Assembly (NCBI GenBank): GCA_038212015.1
Contig: JBBQUY010000006.1
Span: forward strand, 3,016 to 67,015
Direction of reading: 5' to 3'
Length of the DNA: 64,000 nucleotides
Origin: Gaiellales bacterium
Lineage (GTDB): Bacteria; Actinomycetota; Thermoleophilia; Gaiellales; SKUG01
The stretch's first letter is position 1, and each line of letters opens with the position of its first letter. The notes under the pieces are model-generated. The model searched no databases and was not told where the DNA came from. It saw nothing but the letters and a program-made list of their open reading frames with translations. Positions 52,300 to 60,730 of the stretch are shown here, in pieces. A program made the position numbers and the translations under genes.

Positions 52300-53882
52300 C
52301 GAGCGACGCGCGGGGCGAGGCTGCCTCGCTCGATGGAGATCGCGTCGTCGTGCATCGCGGCGCGAGTGCGCTGCTGCTGGCGGTGACCGCCGCGGTCGCG
52401 GTGTGCGGCCTGCTGTACGAACTCGAGCTGATCGCGCTCGGGTCGTACCTGATGGGTGACGGGCTGCTGCAGACGTCGCTCGTGCTCGGCTCGTTCGTGA
52501 GCGCGATGGGGCTCGGCAGCGTCGCGTCCAAGCGCTGGCTGGACAAGCCGCTGCGTACGTTCGTGACGGTCGAGGCGGTGCTTGCGGTCGCGGGCGGGCT
52601 GAGCGCGTTCGCGCTGTATTGGGCGTTCGCGTGGATGGACGTGTACACGCCGGTGCTGATCGCGGCATCGGTGGTGTGCGGCACGCTCGTGGGCATCGAA
52701 CTGCCGCTGCTGCTCGAGCTGATCCGGCGTGCGCGGGGCACGTCGGGCGGGGGCGATGCAGCCGACCTGCTGGCGGCCGACTACCTCGGCGCGATGGTCG
52801 CCGGCATTGCGTTCCCCTTCCTGGTGCTGCCCGAGCTCGGCCACCTGCGCGCCTCCATCGCGACGGGTGCCCTCAACCTCGGCGCGGGCGCACTCGTGCT
52901 GCTGGTGCCGGGGCTGCGCGCGGGCGGGCTCCGGACGTGGCTGCGCCTCGGCGTGCCGATCGGTGCGGCCGCGCTCGTGCTCGGCGGTGCGTGGCTGCTG
53001 ACCGGACGCTTCGAGGTGTCCCTCCAACAGGAGCTCTACGACGATCCGATCGTGCATGACGAGCAGACTCGCTACCAGCGCATCGTCGTGACGAGCTCCG
53101 ACCAGGGTGCGGACGTTCGCCTGTTCCTGGATGGCGACCTGCAGTTCGCGACAGCCGACGAGCATCGCTACCACGAGTCGCTCGTGCATCCGCTGCTCGC
53201 GCAGGGTCGTCGCGAGCACGTGCTCGTGCTCGGCGGTGGCGACGGTCTCGCGCTTCGCGAGATCCTTCGTTACTCGGATGTGCGGCGCGTGACGCTCGTC
53301 GAGCTCGACCCGGCGATGACGAAGCTGGCGCGCACGCTGCCGGCGCTGCGCGACGCGAATCGCAGCGCGTTCGAGGATCCGCGCGTGGAGGTCGTGCATG
53401 CGGACGCGATGGCGTGGCTGCGCAGTGACGCGCGCCTGGACCATGACGCGGTCGTCGTGGATTTCCCGGATCCGGATCGGCCGGTGCTCGCCAAGCTCTA
53501 CTCGACCGAGATGTACGCACTCATTCGAACGCGGGCGCTGCGGCCGGGCGGTCGGATGGTCGTGCAGGCGGGGTCGCCCTGGTTCGCGCGTGATGCGTAC
53601 TGGTCGATCGAGCGCACGATCGACGAGGCCGGCTTCGCGACGACGCCGTACCACGTGGACGTGCCGTCATTCGGCGACTGGGGCTACGTGCTTGCGTCCG
53701 CGGGTGAACGCGCGCCCCAGCTCCGGCTGGATGCGCCGACGAAGCTGCGCTTCCTGACGTCCGAGGCGCTCACCGCGGCAGGCGTGTTCGGCGCAGACGT
53801 CGCCCGGCGCCCGGTCGAGGTCAACTCGATCGACCGCCCCGTGCTCGTGGAGTACGAGCGCGCCGGCTGGCACGGCTACTGA
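52296..53882 (+). CDS. Membrane-fused polyamine aminopropyltransferase (spermidine synthase-like)
   Basis: GTG 52296 overlaps the upstream stop (GTGA). N-terminal multi-TM domain plus a C-terminal SpeE fold (VLVLGGGDGLALREIL, VVDFPDPD, MVVQAGSP). Confidence 0.8.
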   Translation: MTSDARGEAASLDGDRVVVHRGASALLLAVTAAVAVCGLLYELELIALGSYLMGDGLLQTSLVLGSFVSAMGLGSVASKRWLDKPLRTFVTVEAVLAVAGGLSAFALYWAFAWMDVYTPVLIAASVVCGTLVGIELPLLLELIRRARGTSGGGDAADLLAADYLGAMVAGIAFPFLVLPELGHLRASIATGALNLGAGALVLLVPGLRAGGLRTWLRLGVPIGAAALVLGGAWLLTGRFEVSLQQELYDDPIVHDEQTRYQRIVVTSSDQGADVRLFLDGDLQFATADEHRYHESLVHPLLAQGRREHVLVLGGGDGLALREILRYSDVRRVTLVELDPAMTKLARTLPALRDANRSAFEDPRVEVVHADAMAWLRSDARLDHDAVVVDFPDPDRPVLAKLYSTEMYALIRTRALRPGGRMVVQAGSPWFARDAYWSIERTIDEAGFATTPYHVDVPSFGDWGYVLASAGERAPQLRLDAPTKLRFLTSEALTAAGVFGADVARRPVEVNSIDRPVLVEYERAGWHGY

Positions 53883-53898
53883 GACCGAGCAGGAACGT

Positions 53899-53930
53899 CG
53901 AATGCCCGGCGCGTGAGCACCGGGCATTCG
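53899..53930. terminator. Perfect 11-bp hairpin after the speE-like gene
   Basis: CGAATGCCCGG-N10-CCGGGCATTCG, 17 nt after the stop. Confidence 0.55.
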
Positions 53931-54051
53931 AACTGCGAGGGAGGGGGGTACTGCGATGTTCGATCGCTGCTGCAGCGAGGACCGTCAGGGCGCTGCGTGC
54001 AATGAGGGCGCGTGCTCGCGGTGAGGACCAGTCACCTGCGGGAATCCCGCT

Positions 54052-54072
54052 GAGCGAGCGCGCCGCTCGTTC
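54052..54072 (-). terminator. Hairpin immediately downstream of the 54082..54555 gene
   Basis: GAGCGAGCG-CGC-CGCTCGTTC, a 9-bp stem with one G:U pair. Confidence 0.35.
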
Positions 54073-54081
54073 GATCGAATC

Positions 54082-54555
54082 TCAGTACCCCCGGAACAGG
54101 CCCTTGAGCCAGCCCATGAATCCCTTCTGCTCCTGGACGTAGAGCACGCCAGTCTTGGGATCGACGAACGAGTTGCCCGGGGTGTTCCAGCTGCCGAACA
54201 GGCCGCTGACACCGCCGAACGCACCACCGATACCGCCGAGCAGTCCACCCTGGTGGGGGACGACGATGTTGTAGTACTTGTTCGTGTAGGTGTTCGAGTT
54301 CGTCACCGACTGGTTGACGTTCCCGTTGGGGGCGAGCGCCGTCTGGTTGGTGGCGTTCACCTGGGGGCGGCCGCTCGACAGCCCGGTGAGCTGTGGGACC
54401 GCGCCGCCGGTCGGCATGCCCATGATCGGCATGCCGGCACCGAACTGGCTGCCTGCGGGGTTGGTGCCGTCGTACGGGCTCGCAAGCGCCGTCGTCGGTA
54501 GGGACTGCATCGTGGGCTGCGCTGCAGCCGCCGATACGGGGTTGATGCTCGCCAT
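54082..54555 (-). CDS. Met/Gly/Asn-rich low-complexity protein, paralog 1 (157 aa, unknown family)
   Basis: GGAGGAG lies 7 nt before ATG 54555. Contains GAGMPIMGMPTGG, VNATNQTALAPNGNVNQSVTNSNT and HQGGLLGGIGGAFGGVSGLFG. No signal peptide or TM. Confidence 0.6.
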   Translation of the reverse strand: MASINPVSAAAAQPTMQSLPTTALASPYDGTNPAGSQFGAGMPIMGMPTGGAVPQLTGLSSGRPQVNATNQTALAPNGNVNQSVTNSNTYTNKYYNIVVPHQGGLLGGIGGAFGGVSGLFGSWNTPGNSFVDPKTGVLYVQEQKGFMGWLKGLFRGY

Positions 54556-54830
54556 GATGGCGTCTCCTCCAGTCAGCTTCGGCTGGTGGGCCGAAGTACC
54601 TCCACTCCGTGCCTGCCGGGCGGTGACGCCGAGCAGACAACCGTGTATCAGGAAGTGGGCATGCCGACGTTGCGGCGTGAGGGGGGAGGATGCGGCCACG
54701 CCGGGGGCGGGGGCATGGCCGGGGGTGGCCGCAGGGGGATACACTGCGGCAATAACCTGCCTGTGAGCAGGTGTTTCATACGGGAGAGGCGTGACCGTCG
54801 ATGGCCTCGTCATGTGGGGTCCTGGCGCGT

Positions 54831-54856
54831 AAAAGCGGCCTCGGCCGGGCCGTTTC
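54831..54856 (-). terminator. Hairpin followed by TTTT (minus-strand orientation) inside the 500-bp spacer between the two paralogs
   Basis: On the plus strand: AAAAGCGGCC-TCGGCCG-GGCCGTTT. On the minus strand the stem is followed by TTTT. It lies about 200 nt after the paralog-2 stop. Confidence 0.45.
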
Positions 54857-55055
54857 CGCATCTGCGGCAGCTGCTGGCCCGGTACGCGACGGACGGTCGT
54901 CACGTACCGGGTGAAGCGTGCTGCCCGCATCCACGGCCCGGCCGGAAGCCTTCACCAGGTGGCGTTGGAAAAGCCTGCGAGGCGGGTGCGCGCGTGCGTT
55001 CGCCCAGAGGGCGGTGCGTGCGCAGCCGTGCTCGCGTGGTGTGGCGTCGCCGGGG

Positions 55056-55622
55056 CTAGATCAGCCGGCCGAGCAGGCCCGAGAGGAGTCCACCGCTGCC
55101 GTAGCCGGGGAACCCGCCGCCACCCCAGCCCCAACCGCTCTGGAACGGGGGCTGCTGGAGCGAGTGCGAGACGTTGTTCACGTTGGAATTCGTGACCGTC
55201 TGGTTCGCACCGCCGGTGGAGACCTGGTTGGTCGTGTTGGACTGGCCGTGGCCGGCGAAGCCCTGCGGGATGCCGCCCATCGGCAGGCCACCCATCGGGA
55301 GACCGCCCATCGGAACGCCCATGGGCAGTCCGAGTGGCATGCCACCGAGGGGCATGCCCATGCCGAGCGGAATGCCGCCCATGGCACCGGCAACGCCGCC
55401 CATCAGGTAGGGATTCTTGGAGCGCTCCTCGAGCCGGGCGCGTTCGATGCGCTCGTTGGCGAGGGCTCGCTCGTACCCCAGCTGCAGGCTCGAGACCTGC
55501 TTCTGGGTCGTGAGCTTGCTGTTGTAGTAGGTCGACGCGCTGACGACGCCGCCGTTCATGCCGTTCATGCCGTTCATCCCGAGCATGCCGTTCTGCGGGT
55601 AGACGCGAATGCGTACTGCCAT
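55056..55622 (-). CDS. Met/Gly/Asn-rich low-complexity protein, paralog 2 (188 aa, unknown family)
   Basis: GGAGG lies 7 nt before ATG 55622. Contains NGMLGMNGMNGMNGG, a predicted helical segment (QLGYERALANERIERARLEERS), MGGIPLGMGMPLGGMPLGLPMGVPMGGLPMGGLPMGGIPQG, SNTTNQVSTGGANQTVTNSNV and GWGWGGGGFPGYGSGGLLSGLLGRLI. Confidence 0.6.
   Translation of the reverse strand: MAVRIRVYPQNGMLGMNGMNGMNGGVVSASTYYNSKLTTQKQVSSLQLGYERALANERIERARLEERSKNPYLMGGVAGAMGGIPLGMGMPLGGMPLGLPMGVPMGGLPMGGLPMGGIPQGFAGHGQSNTTNQVSTGGANQTVTNSNVNNVSHSLQQPPFQSGWGWGGGGFPGYGSGGLLSGLLGRLI
55263..55403 (-). repeat. Imperfect tandem coding repeats (M-G-G-[LI]-P / G-M-P-L-G units). A second short 9-nt x3 repeat (GMN) lies at 55551-55577
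   Basis: Read directly from the sequence (plus strand ...CCCATCGGCAGGCCACCCATCGGGAGACCGCCCATCGG...). Confidence 0.85.
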
Positions 55623-55876
55623 GGTAGTGCCTCCTGGTGTGCGCCGACCGCGAGGGGTGTGATGCGGGACCGGCGTCTGGTGCGAGGGTGGACCGCCGCG
55701 CATCTGGTTCCCGTGGCGTCCGTTGCGACCCGAAGGTCGCGCTGGCCGTCATCGCCACGAGGATGTGCGACGTGTCTCATCCGTCCATCGCTTCTGGTGT
55801 TGCGCGGTGTCGCATGTCAGTCGACGCGTTGGCACCAGTCGGCCGCGCGGTGGCCATGAGCGGCCGCCCGGGGATG

Positions 55877-57640
55877 TCAGTCGCCGGCGGGCGATTCGTC
55901 GTCGCGGCGGCGCTCGACGCGCTCGCGGCGGCGGTCGATGCGACCCGACAGCGCGAGGTGTCGCAGCGCGACTTCCGCCATCTCGCGGCCGGTGACGTTC
56001 TCCTCGTCGACGACCTCGTCGGCGCCGGCAGCGGCGATCTCGTCGACGAACCTGTTGTAGCGGCCGCGGGCGACGATCGGCAGGTCGGGTGCGAGCTGAC
56101 GTGCCTGCGCCACGATCGTGCGGATCGCGACCGGGTCGGGGATCGACACCACGAGGATGCGTGCGGTCGAGAGGTTGGCGCGCTGCAGGATCTCCGGTCG
56201 CGCCGCGTCGCCGAACACCACGCGCGTGCCGGGCGGGAGGTCGTCGTCGGTGCCGCCGGTCTCGGCGCGCGGGTTGAGTTCGATGACCGTGACGGGCACG
56301 TTCGATGCGGCGAGCGCTGCCGTCACCGCGCGACCGGACGGCCCGACGCCGACGACGAGCGCATGGTCGCCGTATGCGTGCTCGACGATGTCGCCGTCCG
56401 GGTCGACGCCCTGCCCGGCGGCGAGTGCGCGTCGATGCAGCACTCCGCTCGTTGTGGAGATCAGGCCCGGCGTCATGAGCAGGGTGAGCACCGAGACGGA
56501 CACGAGCAGGCGGAAGGTGTCATCTCCGACGAGCCCTACCGACGAGCCCATCGTCAGGACCGCGAACGAGAACTCGCCGAGCTGCGCGAGTGAGGCCGCC
56601 GCCATGATCGCTGCGGGAGCCGGAACGCGAGCGACGGTCGCGGCGGTCCACGTCAGGAGCGCCTTGCCGAAGACGAGTGGCACCACCACGAGCAGCACCA
56701 GCCAGAAGTTCTCGAGCATCCACTGTGCGTCGGCGAGCATCCCGACGTAGGCGAAGAAGATGGCGGTCAGCGCCATGCGGATCGGGGCTATCTCGCTGCG
56801 CACCTGCGGCGCGAAGGCGGCATCGGCCATGACGATGCCGGCCACGAATCCGCCCAGTGCGGGCGACAGGTCGAGCTTCCAGCACAGGCCGATGGCGCCG
56901 AGCGAGACGGTGAGCGACATCACTGCGAGCAGCTCGCGCGCATTGCCGTGCATCGCCTTCTCATACATCGTTCGCATGAGGACGCGCTCGACGAAGATCA
57001 CGAGCAGGACGAGCCCTGCGAGCTTGGCGAACGCGATGCCGAACTCGGTCAGGAACCCCGCCTGTTCCCCGCTCACCTCGGCGCCGGGCAGCAGCGGGAT
57101 CATGAGCAGCACGAGCACGACGAGCACGTCCTGGGCGATGAGCACGCCCGTCGAGACGAGGCCGTGCACGCTGTCGCTCTCGGCGCGGTCGGCGAGCACG
57201 CGGATGACGACGGCCGTGCTCGAGAGGCTCACCGCCACGCCGACGACGAACGCCGCCGACAGCGAAAGTCCCGCAGCGACGGCAACGGCGCCCGCAGCGA
57301 CGGTGGTCAGCACGACCTGCAGCGAACCGGCGACGAGCGCCGTGCCGCCGAATTTCCGGACCTTGTTGAGGGGCAGGTCCAGCCCGACGGTGAACAGCAG
57401 CAGCGCGACGCCGACTTCACCCATGAACGAGAACGACTGGATGTCTTCGATGAGTCCGAGCGACGAGGGGCCGCCCACGACGACGCCCGCGAGCAGATAG
57501 CCGACGAGCACGCTCTGGCCGAATCGTTCGGCGATGAGCCCGAACACGACGCACACGCCGAGCACGATCACGACGTCGGTGAGCACGTTGATGCTGCTGG
57601 ACGGCGCGGTCGCGGCCGCGACGAGCGTGTCCAGGATCAC
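55877..57640 (-). CDS. CPA2-family cation:proton antiporter with a C-terminal TrkA-N/RCK domain (KefB/C-like)
   Basis: 12-13 TM Na+/H+ exchanger-type domain plus a Rossmann GxGxxG (ALVVGVGPSGRAV). GTG 57640 overlaps the sufU stop (GTGA). Confidence 0.85.
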   Translation of the reverse strand: MILDTLVAAATAPSSSINVLTDVVIVLGVCVVFGLIAERFGQSVLVGYLLAGVVVGGPSSLGLIEDIQSFSFMGEVGVALLLFTVGLDLPLNKVRKFGGTALVAGSLQVVLTTVAAGAVAVAAGLSLSAAFVVGVAVSLSSTAVVIRVLADRAESDSVHGLVSTGVLIAQDVLVVLVLLMIPLLPGAEVSGEQAGFLTEFGIAFAKLAGLVLLVIFVERVLMRTMYEKAMHGNARELLAVMSLTVSLGAIGLCWKLDLSPALGGFVAGIVMADAAFAPQVRSEIAPIRMALTAIFFAYVGMLADAQWMLENFWLVLLVVVPLVFGKALLTWTAATVARVPAPAAIMAAASLAQLGEFSFAVLTMGSSVGLVGDDTFRLLVSVSVLTLLMTPGLISTTSGVLHRRALAAGQGVDPDGDIVEHAYGDHALVVGVGPSGRAVTAALAASNVPVTVIELNPRAETGGTDDDLPPGTRVVFGDAARPEILQRANLSTARILVVSIPDPVAIRTIVAQARQLAPDLPIVARGRYNRFVDEIAAAGADEVVDEENVTGREMAEVALRHLALSGRIDRRRERVERRRDDESPAGD

Positions 57641-58065
57641 GTGCGGCCCCAGCTGATTTCGTCGACGCCTTCCCAGCCGGCGGGGGCGGCGGTGCCGGCG
57701 TGGTCATGCATGCCCATCTTCACCACGACGAGTCCGAGCAGTGCGCACTTGAGCCGCACGGGGGTCAGCTCGATGCCGAGCAGCTCGACGATGTCCTCGC
57801 GACTCAGCTTCGCGACGTCGTCGAGCGACTTGCCGATGATCTCGTCGCTGAGGATCGACATGGAGGCCTGGCTGATGGCGCAGCCCTGCCCGGTGAAGCG
57901 AACGGCGGCGATGACGTTGTCGTCGTCGATCTCGACCTGGACGTGCAGCTCGTCGCCGCACATGGGGTTCTGCCCCTCGGCTTCGAAGGTCGGATGCTCG
58001 AGCGTCCCGTAGTTCTGCGGGTTCCGGTAGTGCTCGAGGATGTATTCGCGGTACAGGTCGTCCAT
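57637..58065 (-). CDS. sufU: SufU/IscU-type Fe-S cluster assembly scaffold / sulfurtransferase
   Basis: LYREYILEHYRNPQNYG, NPMCGDEL, GQGCAISQAS, LKCALL. I chose ATG 58065. Confidence 0.85.
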   Translation of the reverse strand: MDDLYREYILEHYRNPQNYGTLEHPTFEAEGQNPMCGDELHVQVEIDDDNVIAAVRFTGQGCAISQASMSILSDEIIGKSLDDVAKLSREDIVELLGIELTPVRLKCALLGLVVVKMGMHDHAGTAAPAGWEGVDEISWGRT

Positions 58066-58103
58066 GTCGCTCCCTCGGGCACCCACCCTATCGCGGCGGT
58101 CCG

Positions 58104-59381
58104 TCAGGTGAGGCCGAAGACCGTGCGAACTTCGGCGAGGCCGTCGATGAGCCGGTCGATGTCCTCACGCGTCGTGTATGCGTAGACGCTCGCTCGGGCC
58201 GTGGCGTTCACGCCGAGGCGCTTCATGAGCGGCTGGGTGCAGTGATGGCCGGCGCGCACGTTGACGTCGTGCGTATCGAGCATCGTCGCGATGTCGTGCG
58301 GGTGGGTTCCCTCGATGAGGAACGACAGCACGCCGCCTCGTTCGACGCCGAGCGCGGGGCCGAGCACGCGCAGGCCGGGCACGTCGAGCAGTCGCTCGTG
58401 CGCGTAGTGCGTCATCTCGATCTCGTGCTGGTGCACGGCGTCGATGCCGAGCTCCTGCAGGTAGCGGATCGCGGCGCCCATCGCGGTGACTTCGGCGATC
58501 GCGGGTGTGCCGGCCTCGAATTTCCAGGGCAGGTCGTTGAAGGTGGTGACGTCGTATCCGACGCGGCGGATCATCTCGCCGCCGAACTGCCACGGCGGCA
58601 TCTCGGCGAGCAGCTCCTCGCGACCCCACAGTGCGCCAGCGCCGGTCGGGCCCATGAGCTTATGTCCGCTGAATGCGAGGAAGTCGATGCCGAGCGCCTG
58701 CACGTCCACGGTGCGATGTGGCACGCTCTGCGCGCCGTCGACGAGCACGAGCGCGTCGTGAGACCGCGCCCACGGCACGATCACGTCCAGCGAGACGTGG
58801 GTGCCGAGCGAGTTGGAGACGTGCACGACGGCGACCATGCGCAGTCGTCCGCCCTCGGCGAGTGCGTCGAGCGCCGACACGTCGAGCACGCCGTCGTCGT
58901 CGACCGGAATGAAGCGCAGGTCGGCGCCGGTCGCCAGGCAGGTCTGCTGCCATGGGACGAGGTTGGAGTGGTGCTCGAGCTCGGTGGTGACGACGATGTC
59001 GCCCGGTCCGAGGTTGGAGCGGCCCCAGGAGTAGGCGACGAGGTTGATCGCCTCGGTGGTGCCGCGCGTGAAGATCACTTCGCGCGGGCTGCGCGCGTTG
59101 ACGAGGTCTCGCACGGCTTCTCGGGCGGCCTCGAAGTGTTCGGTGGCGGCAGCGGCGTGGGCGTAGACGCCGCGATGCACGTTGGCGTATGCGCTCTCGT
59201 AGGTGGTGCGCAGCGAATCGATCACCTGGCGCGGTTTCATCGCCGTCGCGGCGCTGTCCAGATACGCGAGCCGGCGGCCCGTGTTGGGCCCGGAGGCGAG
59301 AATCGGGAAGTCGGCGCTCACGCGCTCGGGATCGAGCGGTGACGCGACGGGCGCACCTGCACGTGTGGGGGCATCGGTCAT
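58104..59381 (-). CDS. sufS: Cysteine desulfurase (SufS, class V aminotransferase)
   Basis: YLDSAATAMKP, FSGHKLMGPTG (PLP Lys), RAGHHCTQP (active-site Cys loop). Confidence 0.9.
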   Translation of the reverse strand: MTDAPTRAGAPVASPLDPERVSADFPILASGPNTGRRLAYLDSAATAMKPRQVIDSLRTTYESAYANVHRGVYAHAAAATEHFEAAREAVRDLVNARSPREVIFTRGTTEAINLVAYSWGRSNLGPGDIVVTTELEHHSNLVPWQQTCLATGADLRFIPVDDDGVLDVSALDALAEGGRLRMVAVVHVSNSLGTHVSLDVIVPWARSHDALVLVDGAQSVPHRTVDVQALGIDFLAFSGHKLMGPTGAGALWGREELLAEMPPWQFGGEMIRRVGYDVTTFNDLPWKFEAGTPAIAEVTAMGAAIRYLQELGIDAVHQHEIEMTHYAHERLLDVPGLRVLGPALGVERGGVLSFLIEGTHPHDIATMLDTHDVNVRAGHHCTQPLMKRLGVNATARASVYAYTTREDIDRLIDGLAEVRTVFGLT

Positions 59382-59400
59382 CAGGGGAATCCTACGTCCG

Positions 59401-59895
59401 ATGGGCTGGCACTGCGTCGCCGTCGACGGCTATCGTCGCTGCATGCTCGACCCGACAGACGACCCGCTCGACCGGCACCTCGACGCCGACCACGCCGGCG
59501 TGGCGTGCCTTCGCGCCGCTGCCGACCTGCTCGAGTCCGGCGATGCACGTGGCGCGCTGGCGGCGTGCCGCGATGCTCGGCGCCACGGCGTGCCATCGGA
59601 GCTCGTGCCCTATCTCGCGGTCGTGCACGCGGTGGCGGCACTGCTGATGGGAGACGTACAGGTCTCGATCACGCTGGCCGAAGACGGCTGGCGCGACCAC
59701 CCCGACGTCGCGGCGCTGCCGACGGTGCTCGGCGCCGCACAGCTGCTCGCGGGCGACACCGCGGGATCGGCGCGCACGATGTACGCCGCGCTGCTCACCG
59801 ATGACGCGGATCGCTCGCTCGAGGTGCACCGTCGTCGGCTTACCCAGCTGCTCGCCGCCGTGCGCGCGACCACGCCACCGCCGACCGGTTCCTGA
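59401..59895 (+). CDS. Hypothetical protein (Ala/Leu-rich, possibly helical repeat)
   Basis: ATG 59401 (alternative 59443). The opposite-strand ORF is Arg-rich shadow sequence. No motif recognised. Confidence 0.4.
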   Translation: MGWHCVAVDGYRRCMLDPTDDPLDRHLDADHAGVACLRAAADLLESGDARGALAACRDARRHGVPSELVPYLAVVHAVAALLMGDVQVSITLAEDGWRDHPDVAALPTVLGAAQLLAGDTAGSARTMYAALLTDDADRSLEVHRRRLTQLLAAVRATTPPPTGS

Positions 59896-60606
59896 TCAGC
59901 CTTCGTCTTCGGCGTCGCCCTCGGCCTCGTCCTCGGCGTCGGCGTCGGCCGCCGGCTCGGTGGCCGGTGCCGGCTGCGCCTTCGCGGCGCGCAGCGCCTT
60001 GATCGACTGGCGCACCTGCGCGATGCGCGGATCCTTCGGCGGTGACAGCTCGATGAAGGTCTCCCACGCCTCGATCGCCGAGTCGTAGTCCTGTGCGTTG
60101 GACGCAGCCAGCCCCCAGGCGTAGAACGCGTTCGGGCGTTCCTGACCCCGAGCCGAGCGGGCGAGCTGCTCGAGGAGCGGCGACGCCTTGTCGTACTTGT
60201 TGGTCGCCATGTACGTCGACGCGAGCATCTGCTTGACGTCTCGGTCCTTGGGGTCTTCCTTCGAGCAGCCTTCGAGGGTCTTGACCGCCTTGTCGAGGCT
60301 CTCGTCGCGATCCTCGGGAAGCTCCACGGGGGTCTTGGGATCCGTCGCCGACGCTGGCGAGGCAAGCGCGATGTAGCTCATCGCGAGGTTACGGCACGCA
60401 CCGACGTCGTCCTTGTTCTTTTCGAAGTCCTTCTCGGCGCGCTCGACCGCAGCTTCCTTGTTGTCGCGGTCCTTCGCGGCGGCTTTCTCGGTCTTGGTCT
60501 GCGGCTTGGCTTCCTTCTTTTCGGAATCCTTGGAATCTCCGCTGCCGCAGCCCGTGGCGATCAGGGCGATGCTGGCGAGGAACAGGACGGCGTATCGGAA
60601 TTTCAC
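59896..60606 (-). CDS. TPR-like lipoprotein with Lys/Glu-rich linker and acidic tail
   Basis: GTG 60606 follows GGGAGA. Lipobox LIATGCGS. TPR-like segments (NLAMSYIAL, ASTYMATNKYDKA, DYDSAIEAWETFIEL). Confidence 0.7.
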   Translation of the reverse strand: MKFRYAVLFLASIALIATGCGSGDSKDSEKKEAKPQTKTEKAAAKDRDNKEAAVERAEKDFEKNKDDVGACRNLAMSYIALASPASATDPKTPVELPEDRDESLDKAVKTLEGCSKEDPKDRDVKQMLASTYMATNKYDKASPLLEQLARSARGQERPNAFYAWGLAASNAQDYDSAIEAWETFIELSPPKDPRIAQVRQSIKALRAAKAQPAPATEPAADADAEDEAEGDAEDEG

Positions 60607-60730
60607 GTGGGTCTCCCGGGGTGTGGCATGGCAGGCGCGCATCGTCGCGCGTGCAATCGGCGAATGCCTACCCGGATTGTCCATAGCCCTCACCCGGGTT
60701 CATGCCGCGACGGCCGGGTAACCGTCTGGT

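Noticed and set aside
54586-55059. A 157-aa plus-strand ORF, and the upstream extension of the minus-strand ORF 54082..54930, in the spacer between the two low-complexity paralogs.
   Set aside because: Both have Arg/Gly/Cys-rich nonsense-like composition and no RBS. The strong GGAGGAG RBS supports the shorter start at 54555. I treat the spacer as non-coding (a 3' UTR/terminator plus a promoter).
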